Shown: positions 1-12,592, counted from the first letter of the stretch. The stretch: 64,000 nt of DNA from Paraphysomonas bandaiensis (GCA_965644295.1 CBFFRP010000162.1:1-64000), one strand, 5' to 3'. Translations and numbers: made by a program. Notes: a model not told the origin generated them from the letters alone.

Positions 1-785
1 GGGTTGTATACTTTGCCTATGGCATGTCCTACTACGGGATTATTCTATTCATATCCCGCTTGTATACTCGTGGTGCGACTGTTAGCACTGCAGAAGTGTC
101 GTTCGCTTACGGAGACATTCTCATGGACGCATCGGGGGAGTTGCTAGGTGTGTTTGTAGCGAGTTGCCTAATTGATCGCATAGGGAGACGCACCTCGTTT
201 GCTTGGTTTTACCTCATCTGTGGTGTGTCATGCATCTTAATGGTATTGCATGGCCCCCCAGGTCTCGTATTCTCTCTAATGGCTCGCGTCTTCAGCATGG
301 CTGCCGGAGGAGCAACGTGGGTAGCGACTCCTGAGCTCTTTCGTACATCGCTGCGTGCTTTAGGTCATTCCAGTGCATCCGCTTTATCTCGTATTGGTGC
401 CATGGCTGTTCCCTATATAGTGCAGAATGATGTGATTGATGTTGTTCATGTTGCTTGGGTGTTAGGGGCGCTCAACTTCCTCGCGGCGGTAGCCTCTGTA
501 GCACTCCCAGAAACTTTGGGAAAAGACATTGAATCAGACTTCGCACAATCATCCTCCCTTTCATGTGCCACATGCACCAACCTTTCGGAGACAGACCCTG
601 AGCTTCCTACTTACTCTGTTTCTGTGGTGGAGCTAAGTCAGACCACGTCTCCTAACACGGACCAACAAATGAATGTATTCAATGCACTCTCCTACGCCGA
701 TATGAACATAGGGCGACTATATCGCGCATCGTCATCGAAAAATACTTCGTATGAAAAGATCGATTGTGGAGATGAAATGAAGTAA
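1..785 (+). CDS. MFS transporter, SVOP/organic cation transporter-like (C-terminal part; gene begins before the window)
   Basis: Frame is open from the window edge (VVYFAYGMSYYG). MFS motif A IDRIGRR, PELFRTSLRA and LPET motifs, several hydrophobic helices. Confidence 0.85.
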   Translation, partial: VVYFAYGMSYYGIILFISRLYTRGATVSTAEVSFAYGDILMDASGELLGVFVASCLIDRIGRRTSFAWFYLICGVSCILMVLHGPPGLVFSLMARVFSMAAGGATWVATPELFRTSLRALGHSSASALSRIGAMAVPYIVQNDVIDVVHVAWVLGALNFLAAVASVALPETLGKDIESDFAQSSSLSCATCTNLSETDPELPTYSVSVVELSQTTSPNTDQQMNVFNALSYADMNIGRLYRASSSKNTSYEKIDCGDEMK

Positions 786-1093
786 ATATGTGTGTGTTGT
801 GGTGTTGATGCAGCTAGATTAGAAGGATATGCAGCAGTGCGATATCCTTATTTTTATTATTACACTTAATCCTATCAGAGATGCTAACCGTTTAACCGTG
901 TTGATTTGTTGAATTTCTAGCTAAAATTTGGATAATCACGACGGTGATGAAACTCGTCTTTGTAATAATCTGGGCATAATGTATGTATTTCGTCGTGTTA
1001 TCTGTGGGGTAGATACACATGTAGATGTAAGTCATCAAGTGCTTAGATAATGAAGCTATAGAATATTACAACTTTAGCAAGTAGGTCGCGTGA

Positions 1094-1195
1094 CAGGGCA
1101 AGGGAACAATAAGTTAGCTGGCCAATAATACTTTTTCAATAACTTTATTAACCAGTCCAACACTACTGCTGCAATATAGCAATATATTGCATGAG
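1094..1195 (+). mobile_element. Orphan left end of a hAT-family DNA transposon
   Basis: CAGGGCAAGGGAACAATA resembles the TIR CAGGGATAGGGAACAATA at 32895 and is followed by the same GCAATATA-type subterminal repeats. Confidence 0.45.
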
Positions 1196-1570
1196 CAGCT
1201 AAGTACATTCTATATATATGAAAAGTCAGCAAATGATAACTTCTGGGAGCCAACCGTCGAAATTTGGAAGTGTCATTTTCGGGATATACCACTGGAAGGT
1301 ATCATGATGCATTAACTACACATTATATTGTAGTGGCTTATTCCAACATATCTGTTGACTTGAAGAATACGTTGAATTAGTGTTCCTGGAGTGGTATTAG
1401 AGTAGGAAGGGTTCCTATTGTCAGATGAATCCACTAACTCTCTCAATCCAACGTTACGTCAACAATGTCGTAGTGTACACTGTACATTATGTACTGATAT
1501 TGATATGACATGTACTGGGCTGTGTACATATATACAAGCACATCTATGTACGTATGTACAATATAGCAGT

Positions 1571-2641
1571 AGGAAGTAATCAAATTTCTCCTTGTAACTC
1601 ACAATGCTTTCGAACGTTCCTTGTCGCACCTCTTGGTAATTGCGCCTAGTCTGCTTTCATTACTGCTCCCACTTGGCGGGTAAGTATATGGACACCTTGT
1701 TGTATATTTCATTCACATGTGTTGGCGCACTCTGTGTTCCTATTGTGAGGTCGTTAAGGTAGTTAGTTTTGAAATCGCCGTATCTCGCGTCATCTAGTCC
1801 GTTGAAAAAATCTATTGCCACATCGGTGTCTGACATTTTTGCGTTATCCATTTCTTCATATGCCTCTAGTATAAGTAATCAAATTTCTCCAACGCAGCTC
1901 CAATGTGGGAGCAGTAATGAAAGCAGAGACTAGGCGCAAATACCAAGAAGTTCGACAAGGAACGTTCGAAAGCATTGTGAGTTACAAGGAGAAATTTGAT
2001 TACTTACTAGAGGCATATAGCAAAGCTGCTATACCTGGAGAGTGCGACCAATTCCGACTCAGTGGAGTCCTTAGTGACAAGTTTCTGCTTTGTTGACCGA
2101 CAAAGCACTGCCGCGTCCACCACGCTGATCACCACTCCGGTATGCCCCTTTCCATCCTGAAATGATGCGTCAATGTACGCTTTTACCTGAGTCTTATCTC
2201 CTATCCGCAGGTGTAGATCCTGATTCTTGGTGGCCGCCAGGTACTTCAACACTCTTCCCAGCTTCCGCTTGTCTTCTTGCGTTGAGTATTTCACCCTAGT
2301 AGCCAGGTACGCAATAGACAGCGAAATATCCGGCCTCACCCTTGTCGCCTGACATACTGCCATGTGTGATGAAATTACATGAATTCCTGTGTGGTCAGGG
2401 GTGTATAACGGACTCACCTACAATATTCCAGGACAATGCGTCTACTCTCAGCCTCGTGACGAAGGGAGGAGGCAAATACCGATCGAAATATCTACGAGTC
2501 AGACAGGCTTTGATTAAAGAGCTGCACGATAATGGGGAAATCAAGCTGGTGTACTTACCCACTGGGGAAATGCTGGCAGATGTCTTGACTAAACCCCTGC
2601 AGGGTAACTTACTCCGTCATTTGATATGTATGTATGTCTAA
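1571..2641. mobile_element. Scrambled Ty1/Copia LTR-retrotransposon relic (gag and RT/RNase H fragments on both strands)
   Basis: Minus strand RPDISLSIAYLATR...AYIDASF...STKQKLVTKDSTESELVALS and plus strand IFQDNASTL...EMLADVLTKPLQG are Copia RT-end/RNase H motifs. Gag-like RQGTFESIVSYKEKF occurs in both orientations. Confidence 0.85.
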
Positions 2642-3321
2642 TCGTTGGAGATGTAGACACACCACAGAGCGAGGAATGAGAGGATGCTCTTTTCAGCGTA
2701 TCGGCATCCTTTGTATATTTTTGTTCCAAGATGCCTCTAATATTGAGACAATAATTATGTGTATTTTAGTCGTAGTTGTATTGGAGTAATATAGAGGAAT
2801 TTTGCTTCAATTTATTCCCGAAAAAAAAAGAGGGTGACTGCCTGCATAGGACACATAGAAGTTATGCAGTGTGTGTTTGTACGGCGGCGGCTGTAGGCTA
2901 GAAGCTTTTTGACTACCCGTACGAAGTGTAGACTGCTGCTGTGTGAAAAGGCAACGGGAGTATTCCGTCCGTTTATTGATCTGGCTTTACGTCCGAGTAT
3001 TGTGTTTTTTCTCTGTGTGTACATTTGTGTGCCCATCTTTGAAAGTTTGAATTAGTTGAACTTGATATTTTTTATCCCTTTTTCACTCCAATTCTAGGAA
3101 AATAATCCTGATTTTCGACTTATTTTTCTAAAAATTACAGATATTTATATTAACAATATGGAATTTATAGCTACAGGAGTATGCATTCTGTCTCTTAATG
3201 AAATGGCTTTCACTCTTAAACCATATAGACACTATACACTCCTACTTAACCCCACATTAAAATCTCACAATATAATCATATGTAAACATTATTATATTAA
3301 TATTATTATAATTAAATCAAT

Positions 3322-6300
3322 ATGAATTTATTAAAATCATTACAAAAGCATTGGGGATATCCATATTTTCGTCCATGGCAACAAGAAATATGTGAATATG
3401 TTTTATCTGGTAAAGATGTCTTTGCTATGATGTCAACTGGTGCAGGGAAATCATTATGTTATCAATTACCATCTATTACAAAATGTGATCAAGGAGTTAT
3501 GTCCTTTTCTCTTGTTGTTTGTCCTTTAGTTGCTTTAATGGAAGATCAGATTGCATCACTTAATGCTATTGGTATATCAGCCGGTCTAGTGGGAGGAGCT
3601 TCTTCTCTTGCTAATGAAAGGCGAGCACTTAATGGTGAATTTACTGTATTGTATATTACACCAGAAAAGTTGCCGTTTTGGCGAAATGAATTGCTAGAAA
3701 TATCTCGAAAGAGAAAGCTGGTGTGTATTGCTGTTGATGAGTGCCACTGTGTATCAGAGTGGGGGAATGACTTCAGACCATCCTATAGAAACCTTTATAT
3801 TCTGAGAGAGTGGTTTCCAGGTGTTCCATTTATGTCAATGACTGCTACAGCGACACCTGACGTGATGAGAGATGTTATTCAGTGTCTAAAGCTAGATAAT
3901 CCACTTGTAGTTCGTACCAGCCTAGATAGACCCAATCTCCACTACGCCGTGCGTCCTCGTGAGTCTGACCACTCTGTTGTAGCATTCGTAAATGGATTTT
4001 ACCGCAAAGCTTTCAGTGCTTTTGAAGGGGAGCATGTTGTTCCCTCCTCCCTCGTGTACACTCATACTAGAGCAGATGCAGAGAAGCTTGCGGGCGCTTT
4101 AGCTTCATATCAAACTCTAAATGAGTTGGGGGTAAGAGTAGACTACTATCACGCGGGTCTTCCTGTGGCCAGGAGAAGTGCCGTCCAACGAGCATTTGCT
4201 AGAGATGAAGTACACATCGTTGTAGCGACAGTTGCTTTCGGAATGGGTATCAATAAGCCTGACATTCGCCTGGTGCTTCACTCTGGAATGCCTGCATCTA
4301 TCGAAGACTACTTCCAGCAAACTGGAAGGGCGGGGCGAGATGGGTTACAATCTCAGTGTGTCCTCTTTTATAACAGGTATTATTTACAATGGTGTTTTTC
4401 ATCTCCCTTTGTGGTATAATGTGTTAAATAGGTCGGATGTCACCCGCATGCACAATCTAAAAATTTCATCATCTCCTGGTATGAAATCGGCTCTAATCAA
4501 CAGTACGGAGCAGCGACTCAAACTCATGGATAAATACTGTACTCGTAATCGGTCCGTGGTACAATGTCGACGAAAGTACCTTTTGAAATACTTCGATGTG
4601 GGTGCTCGGGAGGGACGTGCAGAAGGCTGCTGCGATATGTGTGATGACGCATTAATGGAAGAAAGGCATTGTGCCAGTGATGTTGGGGAAACCAATGGGT
4701 GGGTAGTGAAAGATTCGAGCTCTGGTTCAAGTATACTCAGAAAAGCTGTAGAGCCAGTAGATGTTGGGAAAGAAGTATTGCTGCTTCTCAGAGCTATCGT
4801 TGAGTGCGGCCAGTACTATGCTATATCGACACCCATAGGTATGAAATTACGTTGATTGTTAATGCGACTGTTTTTTGTTCTTGATCTCCGATGTATATTA
4901 TGACGGTATTGTGGTAGACCTCCTGACAGGCAGTAAAGATAAATCCCTCAGAAGGATACGTAACTACGAAAAACTTCCTTCATATGGAGCTGGGAAAATG
5001 CACCCAAAAGATTGGTGGAAGGCTCTCGGGAACGATCTTTGTGATTCTGGTGATCTACTCAATGATGTGCTAACACGATCGACTGGCACATCCAGTTTTT
5101 CATTCAAAAAATGTGTTGTAACCAGCAAGGGTATGGATTTTATTCGCACCCATACCAACTGGAAACAGGGGACTCCTTGCGGTGTTGCAGTGTCTTACAC
5201 AGTCATACCTTCATCGAAGTTTAGGGTGTTCTGCCTTACGTCACGCCCTATTGCGTCAAAGAAGCGTGCAGCTCCTGTGTCGTGTACACCAACAGCAGTC
5301 GCACGCAGCGGCCAGACAGCAACAGCAACAGCAAAGAAAAGTGGGACATTAGCCACCAAGTTCGACGTAAAATCTATAGCTCCTGACGGACATGTAAATA
5401 CAAATCTAGCAAGGTACGCCTGGTGTTGATATGAACATTACAGTTTGTGTAATCTGTTATTTGTAGGTTACAAGCGAAGAAAGAAGATAACGAAATATAT
5501 GATGAATTTATGTGTACACAACTTGAATCACGTCTACGTAAATGCCGGGGTGAAATATCTACCCGATTGGGGGAAAGTGTTGCGCCTTATACAATTCTAT
5601 CTACCGCAGACATGAAGCGCTTAGTAGAGTACCGCCCAATATCCTTGTCAGATCTAAAGAGAATCCCGGGATGGGGTGAGGGAAGGGTGGGTCGGTTTGG
5701 AAATGATTTTGTCTCTTGTATATTAGTGTTTATGGAGGACATGGGGTTGCCTGTTGAATCGAATATGGTTTCCTTGGAAAGCGAAACCAATATGACCAAC
5801 AATACCAGTAGTAGTGGAGTGGGAACCGCGTTCAAAGATAGTTGTGACAGTAGTCCGTGCAAGAGTATTACTTCTAAGTTAATAGATGGAAGTGAGCATG
5901 AAAAAGTTAATAATGCTCTGCCCATAACTACTGCTATGCACCAACGAACGCCACCTCTGAAGCCGCAAAATGGGTTGACTGAGTCAGTGATAAGTACATG
6001 TGTACAATCTCAACTCTCCGGCGACAATTCCACTATAAATTCAACTAAATGTGACGGCAGATTGGGCGATACTGCTCTGGGGCAGGAATATGTGAATGAG
6101 TCCGGCTCTTATCAGCCTCCACCTTCAGCTGTAAGTGGGTGTGACTCTCCGTCGTTTTCACCTATATTGAAAAATCCGTACACTGTATCTCATAGCATCA
6201 CTCCTACATCCGTACAGCAGCATCAAATTGGTGATTCTGCAGCAGTCCTCTCTACCAAAGCTTTATCTTACCCGCCAGATGCAGCAACGGAGCACAGCGT

Positions 6301-6881
6301 TGATATTAGCAATAAAAACTCGCCGGCCTTTGCCCACGGCGTGGAGGGCGGTTGCACCCCTACACTCAAAAGGAAGAGGTCAGGTTCGAAGCCCCCTGCC
6401 TTTGGTGAGTCCTGCCTTCACTGCTGTGTTGTAGATATTAACGCTGAGTTTGTATTCGCTTTTTGCTGATACTTATTTACATGTAGTCCGGAAAAGTATT
6501 CCCGGAACTCGACTAAAACGATCCGCATCTCACCCAGCTTCATCCACTTCTAATACCCAGCAGTGCGATACTGGAGGTAGTAGTTCTACTTCAGCAGGTG
6601 TTCCAGGTTCTTCATCGTCTGACACACAGCGGTGCACTATAGACCATAGTAGTTCCACTCGAAGTTGTCCTGTTTTCGGACCGAATTACAACTGGAACGA
6701 TGCTGTTATAAATTATTTACAAAAGCATAATAGCAGTTCATTTCTTGATATTGTTATAGGAATTGTAGGAACTGACAGTTCGGCGATATGTTCCCATTCC
6801 TGTCGAGTTCGAGAGGCGATTAATACGTTAGCACAAGATTTTTGTATTTACATGGATGGAGATAAGTATTGTACATTGTGA
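3322..6881 (+). CDS. RecQ-family ATP-dependent DNA helicase (WRN-like core, RQC, HRDC), 5 exons
   Basis: TGAGKSLCYQ, DECHCVSEWGNDFRPSY, TATAT, VATVAFGMGINKPDIR, QQTGRAGRDG, RQC zinc motif CRRKYLLKYF...CCDMC, HRDC-like segment at 5510-5740. Frame-preserving introns 4377-4431, 4839-4917, 5414-5466, 6405-6486. Confidence 0.93.
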
Positions 6882-7453
6882 CAGTGTTGTACATATAGCG
6901 CGTAGCGTTTATTTTGTTGTATTGCTATTTCTATTACTCTATGCCGTTCAACGTTGAGTAATAGTGGTATTCATCGTCCCCATGACTATTACAATTATTC
7001 TTCAACCGTTCAAACGTTCTTTGTCTCTTTTTACTTTTGTTGTCAAAATTGTGGTAATTTTAGTAAATAAGAAGTGGTTATTTTTGAATCTTTGTTGGTA
7101 ATTTCTTTCTAGTAAGGCCATGTACGGTTCCTTTGAACGGATCATTTAAAAGTCATAGCTTCAGACCATTGTTCAGTAAAAGAGTAATTTTCGATTTAAT
7201 AAATAATTGATTAATTGTTTTTGTGCAATATTCCCCCTGTTTCCATATGCACCTTCACAATATATTATCTTCGCAACATATTTTATCCCCATTGTGTCTC
7301 AAAGAATGCTTTTTTGACCTGATTTGGGCTCAACAGGGCGCTCATATCAGCACCGGGCAAATATAGACATTCAACTTCAATATCGGTTCCACAGAAGCTC
7401 ACTTCTATCTTTATTATGATATTGACAGTCAAATGTATGTGATTTCATTATAG

Positions 7454-7903
7454 TACACTATTATAGAGAAACCACTATCACGAGCAAAATATCAAGAGCA
7501 GACCATCAAACATTTCAAGTTATATTTCATTCTTCGACTGCTGTAGAAGATCATAATGGTGTCAGTGCAAGCGATCTATCTTCATAACCAGGACTTCGAC
7601 ACAATTACAAGAATGTTTCAGGAGAGTTTTAGTGCCATATCCCATATCTGATGCTGTATAGGTGGTTAAGGGCAGTGGTATCCAGTTCTTTCAGGATTTG
7701 AGTTACATTGTGCTTATCAGGATACAGTGGGCCTCAAATCATACTCACATCATTCAATCAGGTGCACTAGCAGAGGTGAAGTGCATTCTATATAAATGTG
7801 ATGATGATGCTAATTAAGGCAATAAAAAGCCTTTCGTGCGACTGTTCACATTCATCATCACACTTATGTACGACTTTCAACACTTCGCAGTTGCTATTCC
7901 CTC
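7454..7903 (+). repeat. Dispersed repeat family A, copy 1 (probable TE relic)
   Basis: Starts TACACTATTATAGAGAAACCAC, identical to 58285, and stays alignable to 58603. Its 3' part matches the reverse complement of 58909-58950. Confidence 0.75.
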
Positions 7904-8135
7904 AGTATCCTTCTGAGGTTAGAGTACATTTGTTGTCGCTACTATATTATATATTAATTTGGGGGTTTATTGTTTGAGTTTATCTATAGTGTAATTGCAA
8001 TATTCCCAAAGCATACACAGCCAGTATACATACCATTCATTTTTCTTAATGCTAATCAGGAAACACGTATTTCTTATTACAGCAAGCAAGCTACTAACAG
8101 TTATACAATCTAATATTATTTTTTCAATGTCATGA

Positions 8136-8317
8136 GGATAAGCTACAATTTGCCCTAGGGATAAGGAGTATCATCCCTTGACAAACTATAAAACTCGGGC
8201 TTTTCGCCCTCGTCTCAAAATTTGAGCGCGGGACGATATAGCCTCCTTATTGCCCGTGGTTAATATATATCTATATTGATTAATCATGCCACAAAATGTT
8301 CCACTATTAGCTTATCC
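8136..8317. mobile_element. Imperfect palindromic MITE-like element
   Basis: Nested complementary pairs GGATAAGCTA/TAGCTTATCC, ATAAGGAG/CTCCTTAT and TATCATCCC/GGGACGATA around a central GGGC-TTTTC-GCCC hairpin. Confidence 0.55.
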
Positions 8318-8349
8318 CGATTTAGTTACAAGATTATTGTCCCTTGGTA

Positions 8350-8439
8350 TATTGTTGGGTCGGTTAAATTTTAATGTAGTATTGCAATATTATTGTTGGG
8401 AGTAGCAATAGTATTGCAATATATTCTTCCCTAGTGCTG
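8350..8439 (+). mobile_element. Orphan right end of a hAT-family element
   Basis: Resembles 33640-33735 (TATTGTWGGGYCGGTT...CAATAGTA...GCAATATA...TTCCCTA-nnn-CTG). Confidence 0.45.
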
Positions 8440-9309
8440 CTTGGGAGAATATTGCCCTCCTCGTGACCTCTGTTTCAACTCCACTAAGAAGCAAACTATT
8501 GCAGTGAGAGGTTACTAAGTTGTCTCCAATAAATCATATCAAACTGATAGAGCTGTATCATCATTGCAACATAGGAGTATACTGCCGTACAATACAGTTA
8601 CTTGATATCAAATATGTGTTTTTTGCATATTTTATTGCAATGAACACAACGGACTGCATGTAATCATATCTATAGTAAAAAAGCCATACTACATATAAAG
8701 TGATTTTTATGGAGTTACTCCATTACAGACTGTGGATAAGTGTTAAAGTATATAGCATTAGATGAATTGTGTGTATGTAAGTGATATCATCAGCTCAGTA
8801 ACTGTCCAGTTTAACTGTGTGTATATATAGAGTCGAGTTATATACACTGCTGTATACACCCTTTTGTATATGAGGACATATTTCTTGTCCCTTTGATCTG
8901 AAGTCATGTTGCTGTATATTTTATACGTATGTATTCCACAGTATTTCAGTCGTAGGGAATACAGTGTACTTAGGGAATACAGTAGAGCTCTTTGTGTGGT
9001 GAGAAGTGGAGCTCATTGTTCTCATTCCATATAGACCTTCCCAACAGTCCTATGTATGTTGTACGTGTGGTATGTATGTCATGTATGGTATGTATATACG
9101 TGTGGTACTGTATGTATGGTATATATACGTGTGGTATGTATGGTACGTATATATACGTGTGGTAGTGTATGGTATGTATGGTATGAGGATGGATGTATGT
9201 ATTCTTTGTAATAGTGGCCTCATAACACCGTCATATACATAACTACATACACACTACTACTCCATTAATAGCATTACTTGTTCCATATAGTATAGTCCTA
9301 AGATCTACA

Positions 9310-9810
9310 ATGACTAAACCATCATCTTCTCCACTAAACATGGGCCAGAAGGTATGCTCGTTATCTATCTATCTACATAGTCTAACACATACATATATAT
9401 ACAGTGGTTCCAATGGATTACTAACACAACATCATCATTATTTTCAAGTGGAAGAGAATACGGACTTTATGTAATATTCTATTCTATTATCTAGTTGGTT
9501 GTGATGGTATTATGGGATAGGGATACATGGCTGCCAGATACATCGGATGGATTGTTGTTACAACTGGTATTATCACTCTACTGCCTCTTGTATTGGAGGT
9601 TAGTATTAATTACTAGATAGATTATTTATTACTTGTATCTGTCATATAGTTCGTATGAATAACATGATGCTATAGATTAAACGTGAGGCAGCAGTGGAAG
9701 AGCTCGAAGCTCTGCAGATTAGCGACGCGATAGGCAAAGGCGCAACCCCACAAGACCTGGCAAATGCTGGTGTGCAATCTGCAATGGACCCTAAGGTTCT
9801 TAAGGGATAA
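9310..9810 (+). CDS. TOM22: Mitochondrial import receptor Tom22 (short, Tom9-like), 4 exons, 106 aa
   Basis: Exons 9310-9351, 9405-9470, 9521-9598, 9676-9810 joined by GT-AG introns give MTKPSSSPLNMGQK-WFQWITNTTSSLFSSGREYGLY-GYMAARYIGWIVVTTGIITLLPLVLE-IKREAAVEELEALQ...VLKG*. The TM segment WIVVTTGIITLLPLVLEIKRE fits the Tom22 W..TT....P...E..RE pattern. Confidence 0.85.
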
Positions 9811-10315
9811 ATGGTCACCGCGTAAAGGAAGGTGGAGCTTTAGGCTGAACAGATATTAGAAATCACTTGGATTCGTCTATAGTGGCCAAGATTTTGTTTA
9901 TTTGTGGTCGTTTACAATTGAAATTACAGTGTCTTGGTTGATATTGAGATAGGTGAACTGGGTGCATAGTGGATGCAAAATAATGATAATATAATCCTAG
10001 TCTATTATGCGCAATGATTCATATTGATTCTGTACCGCTGGATCTTTCACAGCTGTGTCTGTGTACTATTTTCTCATTACTCCTATGTAATTAATGTTAC
10101 TTATATGGTTATACCAGTAGCTGTGGTGAGGATTCTACAGTCAAGTTAGAGGAAACTGAAATATCTTTATTAATTCCTCGAAAATGTCAGATATTAGGCA
10201 TATAGAGTTATTTATTAGTGTTCATATCGACTACTACTTGATAACCATGTCCCTTCACACAAAAAAATAGCTAAATAAATTCATACATAGTTATTATGAT
10301 AATTTCAATCTATGA

Positions 10316-11925
10316 TTAACAATTCCCACCACGCACAGAATCATCACATTTTAATGAATCAGAATAGATACTCCACGTTGCAATTGTACAATCTTTAGAT
10401 CCCGTGGCGAATATTCCCCTTGCTTGGGGGTGTGTCTTATTATTTCCACTATTAATACAAGTGCATTCCGGAGAAAAATCAACTGCATACACACTCTCCT
10501 GGTGATGCCTGAGAAGTAGTTATATCACATATCGAGACGTTGCTAACGCGCAATATCTACATTTAAAAAATATACTGCAGTTCCTTACAAATTCAAACAT
10601 TGATATCCCATATATAACATGTTGTCAATTACATAAAGGATATGATGCAATACCTCATTATAGCAAGTGGTTTCATTTTCTTCGTGGCAAAGATTCTCAC
10701 TGAGCCGTCCCAGTGTCCTGACACCACTACTCTACCATCACTTCTATATCGGACGGCGCCCGTTCCTGGAAATATATACAGTATATCAACAACCCTTACA
10801 CATCGGTAATGACGTGTTTAAAAACATTATTACACATTATAAACTATACCAGCGAATTATACAATAGCCACTCAGTAATAAAGGGTAAGTGTGAATATGA
10901 GAAAAACAAATCACCTGGCTTGGCCAACAGCGATGACGCAATAACATCAATGGTGCAGTCCTGAGAAGGAGATCTATAGACGCACACCTTGTTATCAGCA
11001 CTTCCAGAAATTACACTGTGCGTTGAAGTGAAAGACGCAAGGCACATCACGGGTTCCTTATGACCAGCGGCTTCACAAACGACTCTGTACATAAGGTAAT
11101 AAGCAGTGTAAGACGAGTATATATATACTTAGGCCAGTACCGAAGTCCCGTGCGAATGTCGAATGATAATACTACCCCACTTTCACACCCAGCTAACAGT
11201 AGCCCCCCAGCAGAAGCATCAGTACCAGAAATAGATGTACCGCAGAATGATGAATTATAGTGAAGACAGGTTATCATCCCATGCTCAGAAGGACAGGTTG
11301 ACTGCATCACGGGGGATCCACAACATCTCAAGTCCCACATCAGCATCTGCCGTTTAGTGTGCGTTTAGGTGCATAATTTTATTTGCACAGAACAAACCTT
11401 GCTTTCTTCTGCCGATGGTGTCACTAATGTATTAGGATCTAAAATGTATTTATTCTCTATAATGCAGTAAAGTTTTATATACATACCTTCATTACTTTCG
11501 TCAGTACATGCATTGCAAAAGTGTTCCACTCCACATGTCAAATGGTTGGTTTCTGCCAGTCCGTTATTTACATCCCATACACGAGCAATCCCATCCCTAG
11601 AGCATCTATAGTGCCCCATTACATAGTAAACACATATACACTACACAGTATCTTACGATATTAAATGCCCTCTCGATTTTATAAGTGATAAAGAAAGAAC
11701 AGATGCATCTGTGCTGTGCTTTCTTTCTATTTGTCTTCTATTCGTAGTATTCCATACACTAATTTCACCATCTCCGGATCTAATCATATGAATTAACTCA
11801 TTCGTATATATATACATATATATATGTATGTACCCTGATGCTAATAGTGAACATGATAGATACTTTAATGTATTTACTGTATTATGATGTCCACGTAAAA
11901 CAAAATCTGGACCTGGTTCAAGCAT
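10316..11925 (-). CDS. GNB1L: WD40 protein, GNB1L/Asa1-like, multi-exon
   Basis: N-terminal [48 protein letters not shown]...KPLAIM and C-terminal [11 protein letters not shown]...[16 protein letters not shown]; stop at 10316-10318. Confidence 0.8.
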
Positions 11926-12217
11926 ACTAAACCATCTAATTATTAGCTAACTAGTAAATATGTAGCAGGAATTAGTATGTAAAGGAGTATGTGTATATAT
12001 ATATATGTACATATATGTATAGAAACATTTTGCTTCCACTTAATTATTAGTAATCCAATCATATCACTGTATTCTATATTCATTGGTTAGATTAGACACG
12101 ATAGAGTGTTGTTTGGGTGTACATTACAGCAGAGTGCATAGGTACATACACTGTAGTACCGCTATGTATGTACAGTATGTATATTTGCGCTGTTGTATAC
12201 GTCTATGGTACGTATAT

Positions 12218-12592
12218 GCATCTAAGTTTTCGGAAATATAATGAAGTAAATATCCTCTATATTACTGCAATACAACTACGGCTGAAATACAGATAATTAT
12301 TCACTCAATATTAGAGGCATCTCTGAACAAAAATGTACGATGTATGTGCTACGATCGTACTGCTGTATATAGATATGGTGTGTGTATCTCACAGGGATTG
12401 TATACGTCACGGTCTAATCTAGTACACGTAACCGTATTTTTGTTATCGTATCGGCAGTCAGCATCTCATTTTGCGGAAATAAATTGAAGCGAAATTTTTC
12501 AATATTACTGAACTACAAGTACGGCTGGAATACACATAATTATTGTCTCAATATTAGAGGCATATTAGAACAAAAATAAACGAAGGATGCCG
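12218..12592 (+). repeat. Two tandem copies (12218-12334, 12461-12592) of dispersed repeat family B
   Basis: Shared GCATCT...TATTACTG...TACGGCTG-AATACA-ATAATT...CTCAATATTAGAGGCAT...GAACAAAAAT; third copy at 57832-57966. Confidence 0.85.

Noticed and set aside
1370-1464. Possible short solo LTR or PBS-like TGGTATTAGAG next to the Copia relic
   Set aside because: No second LTR copy, no TSD and imperfect termini.
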